Source of the DNA: Spirochaetia bacterium
GTDB lineage: Bacteria > Spirochaetota > Spirochaetia > SZUA-6 > Bin103
NCBI GenBank assembly: GCA_965203515.1
Contig: OZ241907.1
Coordinates: forward strand, 2,752,001 to 2,816,000
Length of the DNA: 64,000 bases
Direction: 5' to 3'
Shown: in pieces, positions 11,749 to 21,885 of the stretch
Numbering within the stretch: position 1 is the stretch's first letter
How the letters are laid out: the number at the start of each line of letters is the position of its first letter
Notes under the pieces: generated by a model
Databases searched by the model: none
What the model saw: only the letters and a program-made list of their open reading frames with translations
Told to the model about the DNA's origin: nothing
Translations under genes and position numbers: made by a program

Positions 11749-11760
11749 GCCGGTACCGTA
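11749..11760 (-). promoter_or_regulatory. Putative -10 box for a leaderless transcript
   Basis: Minus strand TACGGT-ACCGGC-ATG(11748), no SD. Confidence 0.5.
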
Positions 11761-11851
11761 GTCCGGGGCGTCCGCGCCGTCCACCTCCGCCGGCTGGCCC
11801 GGGTACTCGCGCGCGGTACGGTACCGTCGGGCACGGTACCGGCGGGCGCGG

Positions 11852-11863
11852 TATGGTTGGGCC
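11852..11863 (+). promoter_or_regulatory. Putative -10 box for a leaderless transcript
   Basis: TATGGT-TGGGCC-GTG(11864), no SD. Confidence 0.5.
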
Positions 11864-12505
11864 GTGGTTTCCCTGCTGCTGCGAGGCGAGGTCCTGCTGT
11901 TCTTCCTGCTGGCGGTCGCGCTGATCGTGTCGCTGACGTTCCACGAGTACGCGCACGCCGCCGTCGCCAAGCTCTCCGGGGACCGCACCGCCGAACTGGC
12001 CGGCCGCCTGACCCTCAACCCGCTGGCGCATATCGACCCGATGGGTCTGCTGATGGTGGTGCTGGTCGGCTTTGGCTATGCCCGGCCGGTGCCGGTCGAC
12101 CCGCGCAACCTGAGGTCGCCGCGCGCCGACCTGTGGATCGCCGCGGCCGGTCCGCTCATGAACCTGCTGCTGGCAGTGGTGGTCTGGAACGGCTTCCTGG
12201 CGCTGCGGGGCGCCGACGTGCGCTTCGCCTTCCTGCCGGGGCCGGCGACCTTCGTCGCGCTGCTGGTGCGCGTCAACCTGCTGCTGCTGCTGTTCAATCT
12301 GATCCCGCTCGGCCCGCTGGACGGCCACTACATCCTGCCGCACCTGCTGCCGGAGGCCGCTGCCCGCTGGTACCGGTTCCACAACGCCCGCTACGGCACC
12401 TACGCGCTGCTCGGCCTGATCCTGCTCAGCGTCGTCGGCGTTCCGGTGTTCCGCTTCCTGATGGGCATCGGCGACCGGTTGGTGCCGCTGATCACCTTCG
12501 TGTAG
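11864..12505 (+). CDS. Site-2 protease family (M50) membrane metalloprotease
   Basis: HEYAH, AAAGPLMN, FNLIPLGPLDG. Confidence 0.93.
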   Translation: MVSLLLRGEVLLFFLLAVALIVSLTFHEYAHAAVAKLSGDRTAELAGRLTLNPLAHIDPMGLLMVVLVGFGYARPVPVDPRNLRSPRADLWIAAAGPLMNLLLAVVVWNGFLALRGADVRFAFLPGPATFVALLVRVNLLLLLFNLIPLGPLDGHYILPHLLPEAAARWYRFHNARYGTYALLGLILLSVVGVPVFRFLMGIGDRLVPLITFV

Positions 12506-12586
12506 GTCCCGTACAGCCCCAGGCGGGCGGCCGCGGCGGCCGGCGGTGGGCGCTCCGCCGAAGTTGCAGTATACTGTGCTGCGTAC

Positions 12587-13342
12587 GTGACCGACCTCAG
12601 CGAGCGGCGGATCGCCGTGCTCATCGACGGTGACAATGCGCAGCCCGGACACATCGGCGCCGTGCTCAAGGAGAGCATCCGTTACGGCGTCGTCACCATC
12701 AAGCGCATCTACGCCGACTTCACCAATCGTCAGATGGAGGGGTGGAAGCGCCAGCTCGCCGCGCATGCCATTTCGCCGATGCAGCAGTTCCGCAACACCG
12801 TCGGCAAGAACGCCACCGATTCGGCGATGATCATCGACGCCATGGACATCCTGTACGGGGGGGCCGTGGACGGGTTCGTGATCGTCTCCAGCGACAGCGA
12901 CTATACGCGCCTGGCCCTGCGCATACGCGAATCGGGCCGCATGGTCGTCGGCATCGGCCGCGACCACACGCCGCGCTCGTTCGTCAGCGCCTGCAACGAG
13001 TTCCGCTTCGTGGAGAATCTCACGATCGCCGAGGAGCGAAACCGGCGGCGGACCGGCAGGAAGCAACCGGTGGTGGAGACCGATGATGCCGAGCGCGGCT
13101 CCCTGGACCTGGTCACCGTGATCACGGAGTCTATCGAGACCGCGGAAGGCGACGATGACTGGGTCGACCTGGGCACGATCGCCAACAACCTCAAGAAGCT
13201 GTATCCCGACTTCGACCCGCGCACCTACGGCAACCGCCGGCTGTCCAAGCTGATCGAGGCGCATACGGAGGCGTTCCGTATACGGCGCGACCGCGAGAAC
13301 AACAGCGTCACCGTACGGCTGGCGGCGGCCGACGCGGACTGA
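12587..13342 (+). CDS. NYN (LabA/DUF88) domain nuclease with a C-terminal OST-HTH/LOTUS domain
   Basis: IDGDN, KNATD..MIIDAMD, SSDSDY, FDPRTYGNRRLSKLI. Confidence 0.9.
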   Translation: MTDLSERRIAVLIDGDNAQPGHIGAVLKESIRYGVVTIKRIYADFTNRQMEGWKRQLAAHAISPMQQFRNTVGKNATDSAMIIDAMDILYGGAVDGFVIVSSDSDYTRLALRIRESGRMVVGIGRDHTPRSFVSACNEFRFVENLTIAEERNRRRTGRKQPVVETDDAERGSLDLVTVITESIETAEGDDDWVDLGTIANNLKKLYPDFDPRTYGNRRLSKLIEAHTEAFRIRRDRENNSVTVRLAAADAD

Positions 13343-13350
13343 CGCCGGCA

Positions 13351-13833
13351 ATGGCGGCGGCCACCGGCGCGCTGGCGGCGATCGCCACGCACGCGACGCC
13401 GGGCGCCCCCATGGTCCTGCATGACGCGGCCGAGCTGCGGCCCGGGGTCGGCGTGGTCGGCGACGTGCCGGGCCGCTCGCCGGCGCGGGAGGTCACGGTG
13501 GTCGATCGAGCCGCGTGGCGGTCGGCGTGCCGGGAACTGGGCCAGGACGTGCCGTGGACCGCGCGGCGCGCCAACCTGCTGGTCACGGGTCTGGACCTGC
13601 GCGCCAGCGCCGGTTGCGAGCTGCGCATCGGCGCGGTGCGACTGCGGGTGACCGGTGAGACGCTGCCGTGCCGGATCATGGATCGGCAGCGCGCCGGCCT
13701 GCGGCGCGCCCTGGAGCCCGACTGGCGCGGCGGCGCCACCTGCACCGTGCTGGCCGGCGGCGCGGTCGCCGTCGGAGACGCGGTCGAGTTGATCCGGGGC
13801 GCGGGGTCCGGGAACCGGTCAGGCACTCGCTGA
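13351..13833 (+). CDS. MOSC domain protein
   Basis: RRANLLV.G, LRIG...TGETLPC..MD, WRGG. Confidence 0.85.
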   Translation: MAAATGALAAIATHATPGAPMVLHDAAELRPGVGVVGDVPGRSPAREVTVVDRAAWRSACRELGQDVPWTARRANLLVTGLDLRASAGCELRIGAVRLRVTGETLPCRIMDRQRAGLRRALEPDWRGGATCTVLAGGAVAVGDAVELIRGAGSGNRSGTR

Positions 13834-15606
13834 GTCGGGAGGATCGCCGGCGCCGAGCTCGTCGTGCAGCGCCGCGCATGCCTTCGCGGCGGCGCCGGCG
13901 GCGGTCGACAGCGGCGTCCGACTCGGCTTCGCGTCGCGGCGCAGCTTCAGTTCCGCCTGATCGACGGCGACCGTACGGGCGCTCACGGTCATGCGGACCG
14001 GCACGCCGATCAGGTCGGCGTCGTTGAACTTCACGCCGGGCCGTTCGTCGCGGTCGTCCAGGAGCACGGCGAGTCCGCGCTCGGAGCAGTCGGCGGCCAG
14101 CCGGGCCGCACCGTCCTCGCCGCCGCGCAGTGCCACCACGTGCACGTCGAACGGCGCCGCGGTGATCGGCCACCGCAGGCCGGCCGAGTCGTGGTGCTCC
14201 TCGGCGATGCAGGCGAGCAGCCGCCCTACGCCGATGCCGTAGGAGCCCATCACCACCGGCTTGGTGGCGCCGTCGGCGTCCAGGAAGGTGCAGCCGACCG
14301 CTTCGCTGATCCAGGTTCCCAGGCGGAAGACGTGGCCGACCTCCACGCCGCGCGACAGCGCCAGCGAGCCTGAGCAGGAAGGGCAGCCGTCGCCGGCTTC
14401 GGCGGTGACGATGTCGGCGACCACGTCGGCGTGGAAGTCCCGGCCGTGGTTCAGGTTGCGGACGTGGTAGTGCGGCTCGTTGGCGCCGCTGACGAGATTG
14501 GGGGTGGCGGCGATCAGGTCGTCGACCACGGTGAGCGCGCCGCGGGTATCGGCAGGCGAGGCGTAGCCGGGCACCGCGCCGACCGCGCGGATCTCCTCCT
14601 CCGTGGCCGGGCGCAGGGCGCTGGCGCCGGTGGCCTGCGCCAGCTTGATCTCGTTGACGTCCATGTCGCCGCGCACCAGCGCGAAGATCAACCGCTCTCC
14701 TCCGCGCTCGCCGATACCCGCTCCCATCAGCAGCACCGCCTTGGCGGTTCGGGCCGCCGGGATCGCCAGCAGCTCGCACAGCGCCTCGATCGTGGCGGCC
14801 CCGGGGGTGTGGACCCGCTCCGGCTCGTCGGGCGGCTCCGAAACCGGTTCCGGTTTGCGGCACCGGGCGATCTGGCGGTTGGCGCGGTAGCCGCAGGCCG
14901 GGCACGACAGGATGGCGTCCTCGCCGATCGGCGTCAGGTACATGAACTCATGCGTGCCCGACCCGCCCATCATGCCGGCGTCGGCGCCCACGTCGACGAC
15001 CGGCAGCCCACAGCGGGCGAATATCCGGCGGTACGCCCCGCAGTGCGCCCGGTACTGGCGATCGAGCCCGGCCTCGTCGCGGTCCAGGCTGTAGGAATCC
15101 TTCATGGTGAACTCACGCACCCGAATCAGTCCGCCGCGCGGCCGCGGGTCGTCGCGGAACTTGGTCTGGATGTGGTAGAGCAACTGCGGGAGCTGCTTGT
15201 AGGACCGCACCTCGTCACGCACCAGGGCGGCGATCACCTCTTCGTGGGTCATCGCCAGGACCAAGTCGCGCCCTTCCCGGTCCTGCAGGCGCGCCAGCTC
15301 CGCGCCGATCTTCTGCCAGCGCCCGGTCGCCTGCCACACGGAGGCGGGATTGACGACCGGCATGGATATCTCCTGGCCGCCGATCCGGTCGATCTCCTGG
15401 CGCAGGATCGTCTCGATGCGCCGCAGCGAGCGCTGCGCGAGCGGCAGGTAGCTGAACAGACCTGCGCCGAGCTGGCGCACGAACCCGGCGCGCAGCAGCA
15501 GGCGGTGACCGGCCATCTCGATATCGCCGGGGCTTTCCCGCCAAGTCCGGCTGAACAGGGTGCGCATCGACACCGGGCGACGCGCGGAGCGGTGCGGCGC
15601 GGCCAT
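13819..15606 (-). CDS. proS: Proline--tRNA ligase (with INS editing domain)
   Basis: LAMTHEE, KFRDDPRPRGGLIRVREFTMKD, EVGHVF.LG, MGSYGIGVGR. Confidence 0.97.
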   Translation of the reverse strand: MAAPHRSARRPVSMRTLFSRTWRESPGDIEMAGHRLLLRAGFVRQLGAGLFSYLPLAQRSLRRIETILRQEIDRIGGQEISMPVVNPASVWQATGRWQKIGAELARLQDREGRDLVLAMTHEEVIAALVRDEVRSYKQLPQLLYHIQTKFRDDPRPRGGLIRVREFTMKDSYSLDRDEAGLDRQYRAHCGAYRRIFARCGLPVVDVGADAGMMGGSGTHEFMYLTPIGEDAILSCPACGYRANRQIARCRKPEPVSEPPDEPERVHTPGAATIEALCELLAIPAARTAKAVLLMGAGIGERGGERLIFALVRGDMDVNEIKLAQATGASALRPATEEEIRAVGAVPGYASPADTRGALTVVDDLIAATPNLVSGANEPHYHVRNLNHGRDFHADVVADIVTAEAGDGCPSCSGSLALSRGVEVGHVFRLGTWISEAVGCTFLDADGATKPVVMGSYGIGVGRLLACIAEEHHDSAGLRWPITAAPFDVHVVALRGGEDGAARLAADCSERGLAVLLDDRDERPGVKFNDADLIGVPVRMTVSARTVAVDQAELKLRRDAKPSRTPLSTAAGAAAKACAALHDELGAGDPPDSASA

Positions 15607-15693
15607 GGGCAATCATACGCCGGCGCGGTGAGTCCGTCCCGCAGCGCGTCATATCGGTCGCCGGCGCGCCGAATCCGATAGACTCCCCGGCCG

Positions 15694-16218
15694 ATGATCC
15701 GCTCTGCGGTTCGTACCGACCGCTGCCTGGAGGTGAAGCGCTATCCCGACGGCCGGCAGGTCACCTTCGGCTGCGATCTGCTGGCGATCGAGCCGGCCCG
15801 GCAGCTCCTGAGCTACACGATGCGCCGGTCCGCCAACGTGGCCGGCGTGTTCGTGCCGGCCGGCGCGCGCTCCTACGGCTGCTTCTGGGCCGGCCGGCCG
15901 TACAACCTGTATCTCTGGGTGCGGCGCGGCGGCGCTCGGCGGGCCGCCGCTCGGCGCGACGCCGTGCTCTTCGCCTATTTCAACGTCTGCGACGAGGTGC
16001 GACTCGGCAGGAGCGAGGTGAGCTGGCGCGACCTGTGGGTCGACGTCCTGGCGCGGCCGGCGCGGCGTCCGGTCACCCTGGACCGCGATGAGGTGCCGGG
16101 CGGTCTGTCGCCGCGGCTCGCCGCCCACATCGAGGAGGCCGCGGCGGAGCTGCATGCGCGCAGCGGAGAGCTGATAGCCGAATGCCTGGGATGGGCCGGC
16201 GCCGTGCAGCGCGGCTGA
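15694..16218 (+). CDS. DUF402-like domain protein
   Basis: FWAGRPYN, YFNVCD, WRDLWVDV, LDRDE acidic pattern. Confidence 0.7.
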   Translation: MIRSAVRTDRCLEVKRYPDGRQVTFGCDLLAIEPARQLLSYTMRRSANVAGVFVPAGARSYGCFWAGRPYNLYLWVRRGGARRAAARRDAVLFAYFNVCDEVRLGRSEVSWRDLWVDVLARPARRPVTLDRDEVPGGLSPRLAAHIEEAAAELHARSGELIAECLGWAGAVQRG

Positions 16219-16225
16219 TCGGCGA

Positions 16226-16720
16226 TCAGCGTGCGGCCGGAGCGGCCAGCCGCGGCCGGTCGCCGGTGAGCCGTATCTCGACCAGGTTGCCGCCGGGGCC
16301 GCCGCGGTCGACGACCAGGAAGTCGGTGGGGCGGCGCCACGCGATCACCGGATGGTGCCAGACGCCCTTGGCGTAGTTCACGCCCTGCCGGCCGTCGGTC
16401 ACGAACGCGCGCAGGTCGGCGGCCTGCGGCGCCGGGCCGGCCGGCGCGGCCACGATCAGGAACGGCGCGTGGTCGAGCGGGATGAACGCCTGCGAGCCGA
16501 GCGGATGCCGCTCCATCACCGTGACGGTGAGCGGCAGGGACAGCGGCCGTGCGCGGAACACGTTGACGAGCGGCCGGCCGCCGCGGTCGGCGACGTCGAT
16601 CCGGGCCAGATCGTGAAAGCGCACCGTCGTCCCCTCGTTGATGATCCGCCGCTCGGCGCCGGCGGTCTCGATCACGTCCCCGAACGGCGCGAAGGCCGCC
16701 TGCGTGAGCGGTACCGGCAC
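16226..16720 (-). CDS. allA: Ureidoglycolate lyase
   Basis: [51 protein letters not shown]. Confidence 0.93.
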   Translation of the reverse strand: MPVPLTQAAFAPFGDVIETAGAERRIINEGTTVRFHDLARIDVADRGGRPLVNVFRARPLSLPLTVTVMERHPLGSQAFIPLDHAPFLIVAAPAGPAPQAADLRAFVTDGRQGVNYAKGVWHHPVIAWRRPTDFLVVDRGGPGGNLVEIRLTGDRPRLAAPAAR

Positions 16721-16760
16721 GAGCGCCGGCGCGCCTGCGGCGCCGATCGGTCCGTCCGCC

Positions 16761-17795
16761 TCAGGACGGCGTGCCGAACAGCCGCAACCGGCTGATGCCG
16801 CCGTCGGGGATCATGTTGACGCGCACGTGCGACACCGGCCCGCGGCTCTGCAGGGCGTCGCCGGCGAAGGCGTGCTCCCGGTCCGCCTGCAGGCGCTGCT
16901 CGTCCAGCAGCACCGGCCAGAACATCGATTGCGCGACCACCGACGCGCGCAACGCGCCGGTGTCCGCCGGCAGCGACGCGCCCTGCAGAGAACAGCGGTC
17001 GGGGTAGTTGCCCTTGAAGTGGGCGGTGTCGACCACCACGCGGTCGATCGCGCCGGGATGCGCCAGGGCGATGATGCACCAGTCGTAGCCCGGTTCGCGC
17101 CGCCTGCGGGTCTCCCAGCCGTCGCCCATGTCGCGGCCTCGGTCGGGCCGCAGCATGTTGCCCGGATTGCCGTAGTGGGCGTCGTTCCATGCCACCGCCA
17201 CCGCGCCGTGCACGGCCGATGCCAGGTCCACGGGACCACCGGCCGCCAGCGCCCGCCAGTCCGGCCGCGGCCGGCCGTATACGCGCAGGCGCGCCACGCC
17301 GCCGTCCGGCAGCAGGTTGAGCCGCACGTGGCTCCAGGTACGCCGTTCGGCGACCGGAAACAGGTGATGGGCATCGGGGCCGAGCGGCGCCGGCGGCACC
17401 AGCGTGACCCAATCGGCGTCCTGGCCCGGGTCGCCGCCGCTCAGACAGGCATCGAGCGAGGCGGCCGGCGGATAGTTTCCCGTGAAGTGGCGGGTATCGA
17501 TGTCGACCGCGTGAATCTCCCCCGGCGCCGCCAGCCGCACGACGCTGCGGTCGTGCCCTCCGCCGCGGCGTCGGCGCGACTCCCATCCGTCCATCCACTT
17601 GCCGTGCTCGTCGTACTTGTCGGGGATGAACACCGGCTCGCCGGGCTCCAGCATGCGCGCCAGGGGCGCGAAGAACTCGTCCGTGCACCAGACTCCGGCG
17701 GCGCCCAGCCGCGCGTCCGCGAGGTTGGTGGTCAGCGGCGGCGGGCCGGCGGCGTCCGGCCGCCCCGGAGCGTCAGCCACGGCGGCCGCCGGCAT
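16761..17795 (-). CDS. alc: Allantoicase
   Basis: Two repeats: DEFFA...[10 protein letters not shown]...HFTGNYP and [11 protein letters not shown]...HFKGNYP...PDGGISR. The start could be GTG at 17780. Confidence 0.95.
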   Translation of the reverse strand: MPAAAVADAPGRPDAAGPPPLTTNLADARLGAAGVWCTDEFFAPLARMLEPGEPVFIPDKYDEHGKWMDGWESRRRRGGGHDRSVVRLAAPGEIHAVDIDTRHFTGNYPPAASLDACLSGGDPGQDADWVTLVPPAPLGPDAHHLFPVAERRTWSHVRLNLLPDGGVARLRVYGRPRPDWRALAAGGPVDLASAVHGAVAVAWNDAHYGNPGNMLRPDRGRDMGDGWETRRRREPGYDWCIIALAHPGAIDRVVVDTAHFKGNYPDRCSLQGASLPADTGALRASVVAQSMFWPVLLDEQRLQADREHAFAGDALQSRGPVSHVRVNMIPDGGISRLRLFGTPS

Positions 17796-18717
17796 GCGGA
17801 TGGTGATCGCGCCAGTGGCGGGCGATGTCGACGCGGCGGCAGCACCAGACCGCATCGTGCGCCAGCACGTGGTCCACGAACCGCTGCAGGGAGGCGAAGC
17901 GGCCGGGACGGCCCACCAGGCGGCAGTGCAGGCCGATCGACATCATGCGCGGCGTGCGCGCCCCCTCCTGGTACAGCACGTCGAACGCATCGCGCAGGTA
18001 GTTGAAGAACTGGTCGCCGGCGTTGAAGCCCTGCGGGAGTGCGAAGCGCATGTCGTTGGCGTCCACGGTGTACGGCACCACCAGGTGGTGCCGCCCGGCG
18101 ACCACCGTCCAGTACGGCAGGTCGTCGCTGTAGTCGTCGGAATCGTAGAGGAATCCGCCCTCCTCCACCAACAGCCGCCGCGTGTTGGGTCCGGTGCGCC
18201 CGGTATACCAGCCGAGCGGCCGCTCCCCGGTGAGCCGGTGGATGCTCTCCACGGTCCGCTGCACGTGCTCCCGTTCCACCGGCTCCGGCACCGATTGGTA
18301 GTCGATCCAGCGGTAGCCGTGGCCGCAGACCTCGAAACCCGCGGCCATGGCGGCATCCGCGACCGCCGGGTTGCGTTCCAGCGCCATCGCCACGGCGAAT
18401 ACCGTAATCGGTATTTCGCGTTCGCGGAACAGGCGAAACAGGCGCCACACGCCGACGCGGCTGCCGTACTCGAAGACCGACTCCATGCCCATGTGGCGGT
18501 CGGGCACCGGGCGAGCGCCGACGATCTCGGGCAGGTACGACTCGGATTCGGCGTCGCCGTCCAGCACGCACCGCTCGCCCCCCTCCTCGTAGTTGACCAC
18601 GAACTGTACCGCTACCCGCGCGCCCTCCGGCCAGCGCGCCGGCGGCGGGTCGTCGCCGTAGCCGTACAGGTCACGGGGATAGGTCCGGGTCGAGGGCGCT
18701 TCCATCCCGTCCGGCAT
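17773..18717 (-). CDS. puuE: Allantoinase PuuE (polysaccharide-deacetylase fold)
   Basis: YPRDL.GYG, VVNYEEGGE, EYGSRVG, HGYRWI, GWYTGR, MSIGLHCR. Confidence 0.95.
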   Translation of the reverse strand: MPDGMEAPSTRTYPRDLYGYGDDPPPARWPEGARVAVQFVVNYEEGGERCVLDGDAESESYLPEIVGARPVPDRHMGMESVFEYGSRVGVWRLFRLFREREIPITVFAVAMALERNPAVADAAMAAGFEVCGHGYRWIDYQSVPEPVEREHVQRTVESIHRLTGERPLGWYTGRTGPNTRRLLVEEGGFLYDSDDYSDDLPYWTVVAGRHHLVVPYTVDANDMRFALPQGFNAGDQFFNYLRDAFDVLYQEGARTPRMMSIGLHCRLVGRPGRFASLQRFVDHVLAHDAVWCCRRVDIARHWRDHHPHAGGRRG

Positions 18718-18757
18718 ACCGGCGTGACTATGCTGGCGAACGACGGCGGGAGCAACC

Positions 18758-18770
18758 TACACTCGCCGTC
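18758..18770 (+). promoter_or_regulatory. Putative -10 box for a leaderless transcript
   Basis: TACACT-CGCCGTC-ATG(18771), no SD. Confidence 0.5.
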
Positions 18771-20045
18771 ATGGCGATACGACTGGCGATCGTGGGTTGC
18801 GGCGGCATGGGTCATCGCCACCTGAGGGGACTCGGCGAGCTGCGCGCCGCCGGCATCTCGTCGCTGGAGCTGGTCGCCGCCTGCGATCCGGTGGAGGCCA
18901 ACGCCGCCTCGCTCGCCGACCAGGCGGAGGCGGTCTTCGGCGCGCGCCCGGCCGTGGTCGCGGCGCTTGGCGACCTGCGCGACCACGGCGTGCAGGCGGT
19001 CGACATCACCAGCACGCCGCGCACCCATCACCTGCTGGCCGTCGAAGCGCTGCGGCGCGGGCTGCACGTGCTGATCGAGAAGCCGCTGGCGCTGACCGTG
19101 GCGGCATGCCGCCGGATCCGCGCTGCGGCGGCGTCGACGGCGGCCGTCCTCAGCGTTGCCGAGAACTACCGCCGCGACCCGATGTGCCGGCTGGCCAAGG
19201 CGCTGCTGGACGCGGGCGTGGTCGGCACGCCGCGCCTCATCGTCCAGCATGGCGTAGGCGGCGGCGACCGGATGGCCATCAGCATGTGGCGCCACCGGCG
19301 CGAACACGGCGGCATACTGCTGGACGTGGGGGTCCACTTCGCTGACGTGCTGGAGTACCTGCTGGGCCGCATCGATACGGCGTACGCGGTGACGCGGCTG
19401 CACGAACCGGTCCGCCGCAACCCGGCCGCCGGCGCGGGCGGCGCCGCCGTCGATCCCGCCGACGCCTACGGGCAGTGGCAGCGCGCCGCGCCCGCCGAGT
19501 TCGAGGCGACCGCCGAAGACGCCCTGTACGGGACGCTGACCTTCGCCGGCGGCGCGGTCGGCAACATCATCCAGGATCACGCGGGGCGCGGGGCCGGACT
19601 GGGCGGACGGGCGGTGTTCGGGTCGACGGGATCGATGACGCTGCCGGGCGATCGCAGCGGCGGTGAGATCACCGTCCACCGGGACGGCGGCGAACGGCTC
19701 GAAGGCGACGCGTTGCTGGAACGGGTGCCGGAGTTCCGCCTGGACGCCAATACCGCGGCGCTGTTCGGCGCGGAACGGCTGCGGCGCTACGACCAGCCGT
19801 TCCCGGTCACCGACGCCAAGCTGCTGGCCGTCGAATACGCGGAGCTGGCGGATGCGATCCGGGGCGGAGCTTCGCCGGAGATCGACGCGGAACAGGGGAT
19901 GCGCGCGGTGGCCAGCTACTACGCGCTGCTGGAATCGGGGGCGTCCGGGGTCCCGGTCCGCGTCCGGGACGTGCTCGACGGCCGCGTCGACGCCTGCCAG
20001 CGCGGGCTCAACGACTCACTCGGGCTGACACCGGAGCGGAGCTGA
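18771..20045 (+). CDS. Gfo/Idh/MocA family oxidoreductase
   Basis: IVGCGGMG, HVLIEKPLA, GGILLDVGVH. Confidence 0.92.
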   Translation: MAIRLAIVGCGGMGHRHLRGLGELRAAGISSLELVAACDPVEANAASLADQAEAVFGARPAVVAALGDLRDHGVQAVDITSTPRTHHLLAVEALRRGLHVLIEKPLALTVAACRRIRAAAASTAAVLSVAENYRRDPMCRLAKALLDAGVVGTPRLIVQHGVGGGDRMAISMWRHRREHGGILLDVGVHFADVLEYLLGRIDTAYAVTRLHEPVRRNPAAGAGGAAVDPADAYGQWQRAAPAEFEATAEDALYGTLTFAGGAVGNIIQDHAGRGAGLGGRAVFGSTGSMTLPGDRSGGEITVHRDGGERLEGDALLERVPEFRLDANTAALFGAERLRRYDQPFPVTDAKLLAVEYAELADAIRGGASPEIDAEQGMRAVASYYALLESGASGVPVRVRDVLDGRVDACQRGLNDSLGLTPERS

Positions 20046-20465
20046 TCTCGTGGAGGGCGAAGCGGGGGTTCCATCCTTCGGAATCACGCCGCTCGAGGTT
20101 CGGTGATCCCGGCGCGTTGCTGCGGACCTTCGACACGCCGGCTCTCCAGCTATCGAGCGTGAGATCGTCGGTGCTCGTCACGAATACGCGCAACAGTCTT
20201 CAGCCATGTCATCGAGTATCCCGGCGATGAAGTCCCTGAAGTTGGCGTACGCATCATTGACGCTGGTGCCACCGGCGGCGGTACCTCCCGGATACACACC
20301 GTCGAGCCAGCAGTGTCCGTCGGCGGGGTTGACGATGGCGAGGAGGGCTCCGTCGATTTCGACCTTCGCCCGGAAAGATTCGGCATTGACCAGTTTCGCG
20401 TAGCTGAACAGCAGCGGCCACGCTTCTCCCGGAGGATCCCAATTGGGCAGCAGGCTTTCTTCCAT
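20008..20465 (-). pseudogene. HicB-like hypothetical protein, frameshifted or internally deleted near 20195
   Basis: ORF 20178-20465 (WLDGVYPGG..GG....AY.NF...L.DMAED) continues in another frame as RVFVTSTDDLTLDSWRAGVSKVR. SD GAGGAG lies upstream. Confidence 0.45.
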
Positions 20466-20564
20466 GTCCTCTCCTCAACTCACGTGCCGGCAGACATTCG
20501 CATCCACATGTTATGACCGTCCGACGTAATATGTTTGTATGTATATGTTTAGTTAGTATGCATA

Positions 20565-20594
20565 AGTATACGCAGACATCTTTCCGCTCGTCAA
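20565..20594 (-). promoter_or_regulatory. Near-consensus sigma70 promoter
   Basis: Minus strand TTGACG-N18-TATACT, followed by an AT-rich tract with two AAACATAT copies, pointing at the 20465 gene. Confidence 0.6.
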
Positions 20595-20696
20595 CGCCTC
20601 CGACCGGAGGTCTCAAGAGCCGCGACAGCGTCAGCAGCGCTCCTCTGCCGCCAAGCGGTCGGCGACATGCGGGAGCGGTATGGTACCGTGGCCGGC

Positions 20697-21044
20697 ATGA
20701 GCGCGGAAGCGATCGCGATCGTCGCCGTTGGGGTGGCGCTGCTGGCGGCGCTGGTGCCGCTGCTGCTGTCGATGCGCGGCGACATGAAGACGCTGCGCAC
20801 GGAGGTTCGGGCCGACCTGGGCGACCTGCGCACGGAGGTTCGGGCCGACCTGGACGACCTGCGCACGGAGGTTCGGACCGACTTGGCTGCTCTGCGCGGC
20901 GACGTGGTGGGCGTGCGGCGCGATCTGCAAGCCCTGGGTGAGCGAGTGGCGCGCATGGAAGGCCGGCTCGATGCGCTGGCGCCGGTGTTGGCGCCGGTGC
21001 GCCCGATGGCCGCGCCTGCCGATCCGCCGGCCCCGGCCGCCTGA
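20697..21044 (+). CDS. Small membrane-anchored coiled-coil protein with 11-aa repeats
   Basis: N-terminal TM helix, (LRTEVRADLxD)x3, then ERVARMEG. TGG-TACCGT-N7-ATG lies upstream. Confidence 0.75.
   Translation: MSAEAIAIVAVGVALLAALVPLLLSMRGDMKTLRTEVRADLGDLRTEVRADLDDLRTEVRTDLAALRGDVVGVRRDLQALGERVARMEGRLDALAPVLAPVRPMAAPADPPAPAA
20793..20891 (+). repeat. 33-bp tandem repeat x3 (coding)
   Basis: ctgcgcacggaggttcgggccgacctgg(g/a)cgac units placed head to tail with no spacers. Confidence 0.95.
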
Positions 21045-21087
21045 GCCCGGCGCGCGTTCGTCGCCGCGGAGCGATCATGGCGGGTGG

Positions 21088-21885
21088 TCAGGCGGACTGC
21101 GGGTGGACGAACCGATCGGCCATGCCGGTGATCAGGGTGCCGGTGCGGTCCAGGATGCGCGCCACGGCCACGTCGTCGGCGATATGCCCGTGCGTGCTCA
21201 CCGCGCCGGCGCCGGTGAGCGCCGGGCGCATCGCGTCCAGTTCCGCCACCGCGCGGGCGCCCACGGCGATGCAGGTCGCCCAGCCCAGGCTGCCGCCGAA
21301 GCCGCTGGGACCGGCCGGTACCGCCGGCGGGCGCAGGCGGTACCGTTCCCGGTAGATGACCGAGCCGTCGCGGACGACGGTCAGGTGGTAGCCGAGCGAC
21401 GCGAACGCCCACGCCTCGCCCATCTGCGTGCGCCCCGGGCAGCCGCATTCCAGCAGCAGGCAGCCGCTGCCGCCGGCGACGCTGACTACGGTCGACTGGA
21501 TCACCGCGGCGCCGGCGAACGGGATCAGCGGCCGGCCGACCAGCCGCAGGTAGCTCCGGCCCTGCACCGCGGCGGCGAGCCGCAGATGAGCCGGGCCGCC
21601 GGCCGGAGCGGGGCCGCCCGCCGCTCCCGGCAGACACAGGGTGCCGGCCGGCGGCGCCCAGGTCACCGCCGCGCCGTCATCGAGCCGAATCCGCTGCAGG
21701 TGGCGATCGCCGGTGCGCAGGCCGCCGCCCTGATCGACCGGCATGGCCAACAGACCGCCGGCCGCCGGGAGCACGTTGACGAACAGCGGCGCGCGACAGC
21801 GGGTCCGCCAGCGCCGGCCGGCGCCGGCCAGCCGCAGCTCGCCGCGCCGACCGTTATCGGGAGACGGGCGCGTGGCGGTGGGTAT
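21088..21885 (-). CDS. ureD: Urease accessory protein UreD/UreH-like (divergent; start uncertain)
   Basis: Last gene of the ure operon. [16 protein letters not shown] and PGRTQMGE motifs. The frame is open upstream of GTG21774 through GELRL...APLFV to an ATA at 21885. Confidence 0.75.
   Translation of the reverse strand: MPTATRPSPDNGRRGELRLAGAGRRWRTRCRAPLFVNVLPAAGGLLAMPVDQGGGLRTGDRHLQRIRLDDGAAVTWAPPAGTLCLPGAAGGPAPAGGPAHLRLAAAVQGRSYLRLVGRPLIPFAGAAVIQSTVVSVAGGSGCLLLECGCPGRTQMGEAWAFASLGYHLTVVRDGSVIYRERYRLRPPAVPAGPSGFGGSLGWATCIAVGARAVAELDAMRPALTGAGAVSTHGHIADDVAVARILDRTGTLITGMADRFVHPQSA

Noticed and set aside
20793..20891. 33-bp repeats as a CRISPR array
   Set aside because: The units are contiguous with no spacers, in frame within a CDS, and there are no cas genes.
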